From: Folioceros fuciformis
Taxonomy: Eukaryota
Reading direction: 5' to 3'
DNA: 64,000 nucleotides
Assembly: GCA_049999805.1 (NCBI GenBank)
Contig: JBNGIO010006382.1
Span: 220,234 to 284,233, forward strand
In this document: positions 59,701 to 64,000 of the stretch, piece by piece
Numbering within the stretch: the first letter of the stretch is position 1
Layout: each line of letters starts with the position of its first letter
Notes under the pieces: model-generated
Database searches by the model: none
Seen by the model: only the letters and a program-made list of their open reading frames with translations
Told to the model about the DNA's origin: nothing
Program-made: the position numbers and the translations under genes

Positions 59701-61498
59701 CCCGTCTGCTGCTGCTGCCTGCTGCTGCACGGCACTCTCGACTGTGGAGGAAGCCACCCAAAATCAAACTCGCCAAATTTGCAAGCGACTCGTCCTCGTT
59801 ACGCCAAGAGCAAGGCAAGTGACAATTGTCGCCCCTTCCTACACCAAGACGTCTGCCTTCTTGTCCTCGTCTTCATTTATTTAACGCCGTATTTACAGAC
59901 CTAGGTTGGTACATACCTCGTATCGTATACAGCCTGTATTCTTGCTTTCCCGGAATGGTACATAGCTTGTTGCATGCGCCTTAACCTCTTTTCGGACTTC
60001 ACCTGAAAGGGGAAGGCCTCGCTGCTACTGCATGTGCTCCGCGGCACGCCTGGGAGCAGTCCAAGCACGCACAGAGATGGTTCCCGCCGGCAATCGATGT
60101 ATGCTCGGAGGAAGACTGAAACAGACCAGTTACCATGGGAGTTAGTCGCATCGCACTTGTTGGAATGGAGCGCAAGTTCCTCACGGCCGAGTGCTTCACA
60201 CAGTTTGAAGGCATCCAACAGTCCCTAACATTCTTCAGCTGACTGTGTCTCCTGCTTGACTCGCGTGCGAACTTTGCTCGACGGGAGCGAGATGGTAGCA
60301 TTCCGTGGTGTGGATGCTGTCGACACCTGATGCTGCGGAGGGTTTGCTCACTGAGGGCTTCGTGGCTCACGGGTTCGAGGGAGTGGATTGGCCCTCGTCA
60401 CAATGTCGACTAGCTCTGGATGCAGTCAATCTTGCGACTGTTTCCGTAAGAGATGACACTGCATTGCTTTTTGTTGACACCAGTGCCCGCGTGGGTTAGA
60501 TAGAAGGCCAGTGTTTCTTGACAAATTTCTGTCTTCTTCTTTTCATCCTACATCCATCTGGCTTTCATGGTGGAATTGAGCAGGCAATAGCTTCTTTTTG
60601 TCCTGCTTCTGCCAGCCTGTACAGGAACGTCTCCTGGGTATTACCGTTCAAGAGGAGATGTTGATGTGAGGACGAGGCGTGAATTGAACATCTCCATAGA
60701 CATGCTTCTGGATGTTATCGTGCATTGGTGCAAAAAAGTAAGTCTTTGCAGGTCTTGTGGTGCAGAACTACCGTAGTCCACTTCTTAACTTTGGCGGTGA
60801 TTGCTTTGGCCAGGTTTAAGCGCATGATCTAAGCGCATACCATTCTGCAGCTCTGGTTCAACATTGTATGCACAGTCGAATATGAATGAAAATGGAGACA
60901 TAGAGCAGAAGCGACTAGGATCGACGCTAGGATCAGAGTTGAAGAAGCTTCTGGATCTTGTCTTCTTCCATCTTTTCAGCTAGTGCAGCAAACCCAGCAG
61001 CTGGGCTGGAAATCTGAAAAGCTACGAGTCTTCTTCTTTCGTACAAGGTTAGATAAATGCTGCAGGAGGCATCAACGTCAGTTCTGAGCGTCATTTAAAA
61101 GGCATCATGTCAAAGTTGGGGCTTGTTTCTCAAAATCATTAGTCTTCGTTGTTACGTCCGTCCTCGACTTTATGGTGAGTGGAAGAAAGAATGTGAGCTT
61201 ACACCTATGCTGCTGGTTGCAAGACAGACTCCTCGAGTTTGTTCCTACACGAGAAGCAGACGCTTTCCTTGGTTTCCATCACGAGTTGTGAGTTCTAAGG
61301 ATTCCTTCACAAGCACTAGTCTGGATGTTCACTTCTCTTTTGGTGGGGGTAATGCTGACGAGTTCTATGTTTTTGGCATGGGCTCCGTGCATGGGAAATA
61401 CTTTAGATATTTTTAATAATTAATAATTTTTTTATTCAATTCGAATCTAACTACGAAGTTATGCTTTGGATAACTTGGAACAGGTCATATGCAACTAT

Positions 61499-61581
61499 TT
61501 GGTAGGGTGAAACTGCACCTTTATGTTTTGGAGTCCCGACTAGGTACTCCAAAACATAAAGGTGCAGTTTCACCCTTCCAA
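61499..61581. repeat. Near-perfect inverted repeat (31-bp perfect arms, 11-nt spacer)
   Basis: AGGGTGAAACTGCACCTTTATGTTTTGGAGT (61504-61534) pairs with ACTCCAAAACATAAAGGTGCAGTTTCACCCT (61546-61576). Confidence 0.95.
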
Positions 61582-61942
61582 TTTCACTATGTATGTTATA
61601 TATGGAGATGGCTATATATGGCGTTAGAGGTGCAGTGGGCACGACATACCTCTTTAAGAGACAGCTCACTCGACGTAGGCGGAAAGGGGAAACGGGACGT
61701 ACGCTGTACATAGTATGCATCGAAAGATGTGCAGCGACGGGAATACGGGTCCAGAAAGGCACGAAACGAAACACTTCGCAGAATCTCGTCCCAAGTGCTT
61801 GGCGGTTGCTCACTTCCACCGGACGAGACGAAGACTGATAAACCCTCCATTGTTTCTCTGAAGGCTTAAGAAAACAGCCTTAGAAGGCTGAGACCAACGA
61901 GGACAGGCGGTCTCGAAATCGCCCCGGGTCACGGACCTGAAG

Positions 61943-62615
61943 ATGCAGAGAGGGTCTGGACAAGCTACCAGTTCCGTAGAGAAGAACAAGGATGATGAGG
62001 TCAAGGACGTGGAGGTGCTCACCAGCGCGTGGGACCTGGTGAGAAGCTTGCGCGGCTTGCTTGCTTCCCATGTCGTTGTTGCCCTCGCTGGAGCATGAGC
62101 TGACCCGGGCGGGCCTTTCTGTCGCAGGTCGTCAGCTGGATGAAGGATACGAGTGGGGATGCAGACAGCGACCCCGAAGACAAGGCTCAGCCGGCATCCT
62201 TGCCGCCAGCTTCTAGGCCACCCAGGTTTCCAAGTGGAATGATGTGAAAGTTGTTGTAGAAGAACGGACAGCAGGGTCTCTCTAACCCATGTCTGCTGCT
62301 GCTGGCTTCAGGGTGGGATTGGGAGCCAAGAGTTTGCTGCAGAAGCAGAAACAGGTTGAAAATCTGAGCCCTCTGGAGAAGAAACTCAAGGCCAAACTGA
62401 AAATCCCGCCTACACATGGCGGCCATCACGGGCAGGCGCACAGCAAGAAGAGAGTTTTATCAGATGAGGAGGGCAAGGTGAACGATGGTTCCGGCGATGA
62501 AGGCCTGGAAAGTAGAGCCTCTGCCTTTCAGCGCAGGAGCCAGATTTCACCCCACACCATCCTTCAGCCAGATGCTACACAAGCTTCAAGAAAACGGAAG
62601 AAAAAACACAAGTAA
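61943..62615 (+). CDS. Small conserved basic protein of unknown function (RPxRxGLGA motif, DUF3245-like). Exons 61943-62038, 62128-62225, 62312-62615
   Basis: Spliced product ...AWDLVVSWM...RPPRVGLGAK...SPLEKKLKAKL...GLESRASAF...RKRKKKHK*. GT-AG introns keep the frame. Confidence 0.7.
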
Positions 62616-62746
62616 CTCATGTCCCTGAGCATGTACATGAGTGGCTCTTCTCATCGGAGGAAAGGGGAGACGTCGGCAGGTTGCAGCAAGTGCACAAGTA
62701 TAGCATTGTTGGCGATTGCTGCGGAGGAATAGCATGTGGTGTGTCA

Positions 62747-63328
62747 TCAAATGCGCCTGTCCGAATCCCTGAAGCTTCTAGAGATCTGCACGTCCAGTGA
62801 AAGAACAAACTTAAGCCTCTGTCAGGTGAAAGTTTCGGAGGTATCAGGTCACGATGGAGAACACGCTCACCTCTGCCCTCAAGCTTTCAGAGAACTTCTT
62901 CACTTGCTCGGCCACGTCCGCTTTAGTTTCTTGGCCTGTCAAGAGGCATCAGATTGAACATCTCGGTTAGCCATCGAGCTGGCATATTACACACCGCCAC
63001 AGGACTCTACGCTTTTGCTATCGTCATCATAATACATAAATTCCCGTTCGAAGCTAAGCTAACCTTTCAGTGCAAGCTCTTCAAGCTTCTTCGACGACTG
63101 CACAGCAAATCGTTGAAATGAAGGACTGCACATCCCACCAACCATCATCCACATCAATCTCCCCCTGTCACTCGAAAACCATTCGTTCTGCCAAATACCT
63201 TGCGGAAGGTCAGCAACAACAGATTTAAAGAATTCTCGCAGGCACACGTACTTGTTGGCAAGCCGATCTACCAGCAACTCGTTCACCACATACTGCATGA
63301 CCCTAGCGAGGAAACCTCTGCCAGACAT
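62747..63328 (-). CDS. Small conserved uncharacterised protein (resembles the NCBP2AS2-like family). Exons 63328-63252, 63125-63064, 62935-62871, 62785-62747
   Basis: MSGRGFLARVMQYVVNELLVDRLANNPSFQRFAVQSSKKLEELALKGQETKADVAEQVKKFSESLRAEISRSFRDSDRRI*, assembled from four exons with canonical splice sites. Confidence 0.75.
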
Positions 63329-64000
63329 CTTGCCGAGATGTCAATTCCAAACTGCAGGGACGCACAAACAGAAAATGACGCGAAGAGTAAGCCCAGGACA
63401 CCGATAGATCGACCATAACCGAAATGAAATTCAATCCATGCCCTCCACGCATAGATTCGAGGAGGATTCGGACCCAAACCCTACAAGCGGGGCGTGGATC
63501 CTTCGATGCTGCAGAACTGCGTGGTGGGCACGGCGCCGGCTCGGCGAAATTGTTTACCGACTACAAATCAGCCACACCGGCGAACCCTGCCTGATCCAGA
63601 ACAATCCGACAAACTTCTGAAACCTGAACGGGGTCATTGACAACGTGGAAACCGTATCACTTATATAAGAGTTCAAGTCGGCAAAAGTAGCCTTCCTCAG
63701 TGCCCTGTCTGCTGGAGGTCTCAGCTACAGCACCCTGTCGCGACAATCAGACAAAGCTCCTGAGGAACACAGTGTGCGTGAGAGCTTCAACGCTGCGCAA
63801 AACAAGATGCAAGCTGAAGCTACTAGAAGAACGCAGAGACGGGGGTGGGTTCGACGAAGTGAAGATGTATCTGCATCTACTTCGACTCTTTGGAGCGAAT
63901 GGCTGTTAATTATGGTGGGATTGTCTGCGTCCCCTTGACCAAGCTTCCTTGAGTTTCGAAACCTGACATTGCGGCGGAACGGGACGAGCCAAAGAATATC

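Noticed and set aside
59900-61120. Coding-like stretch between LPAT2 and the hairpin
   Set aside because: The frames I checked are interrupted and no family is recognisable. It may be a relic, but I cannot support a call.
63660-64000. TATA-like motif and short ORFs at the window end
   Set aside because: Possibly the 5' leader of a gene beyond the window; no assignable CDS.

Overview
This is eukaryotic nuclear DNA from a gene-dense, GC-rich land-plant draft assembly with short GT-AG introns (mostly ~70-130 nt) and several N gaps. The short introns, compact spacing and a WW-variant PLS-PPR suggest a seed-free plant, most likely a hornwort (inference). Recognisable genes: 3' end of RRP40, formate-THF ligase, plastid RPE, chloroplast APX, a GGCT/AIG2-like protein, an F-box/kelch protein, a glutamate-receptor-like channel, a steroleosin/HSD-type SDR, PI-PLC, sterol C5-desaturase, a PLS-E+ PPR, UTP14, tRNA-Cys, Ycf54, LPAT2 and two small conserved proteins. 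There are two TE islands. The first (25.4-35.2 kb) holds a decayed Ty1/copia element with an extra 5' ORF, a TIR-bounded segment with a ~158-bp satellite, and a solo LTR with non-canonical AG...CT ends and a 5-bp TSD. The second (39.7-46.3 kb) holds a Penelope-like RT of the Chlamys/Naiad type, with no endonuclease that I can read, between two ~1.25-kb structured direct repeats joined at (TACA)n microsatellites. That PLE unit is the best candidate for an undescribed system. Other highlights are an APX gene that keeps only its alternatively spliceable intron and an SDR lacking two catalytic-tetrad residues. All family assignments come from motif recognition by eye; no database searches were run.
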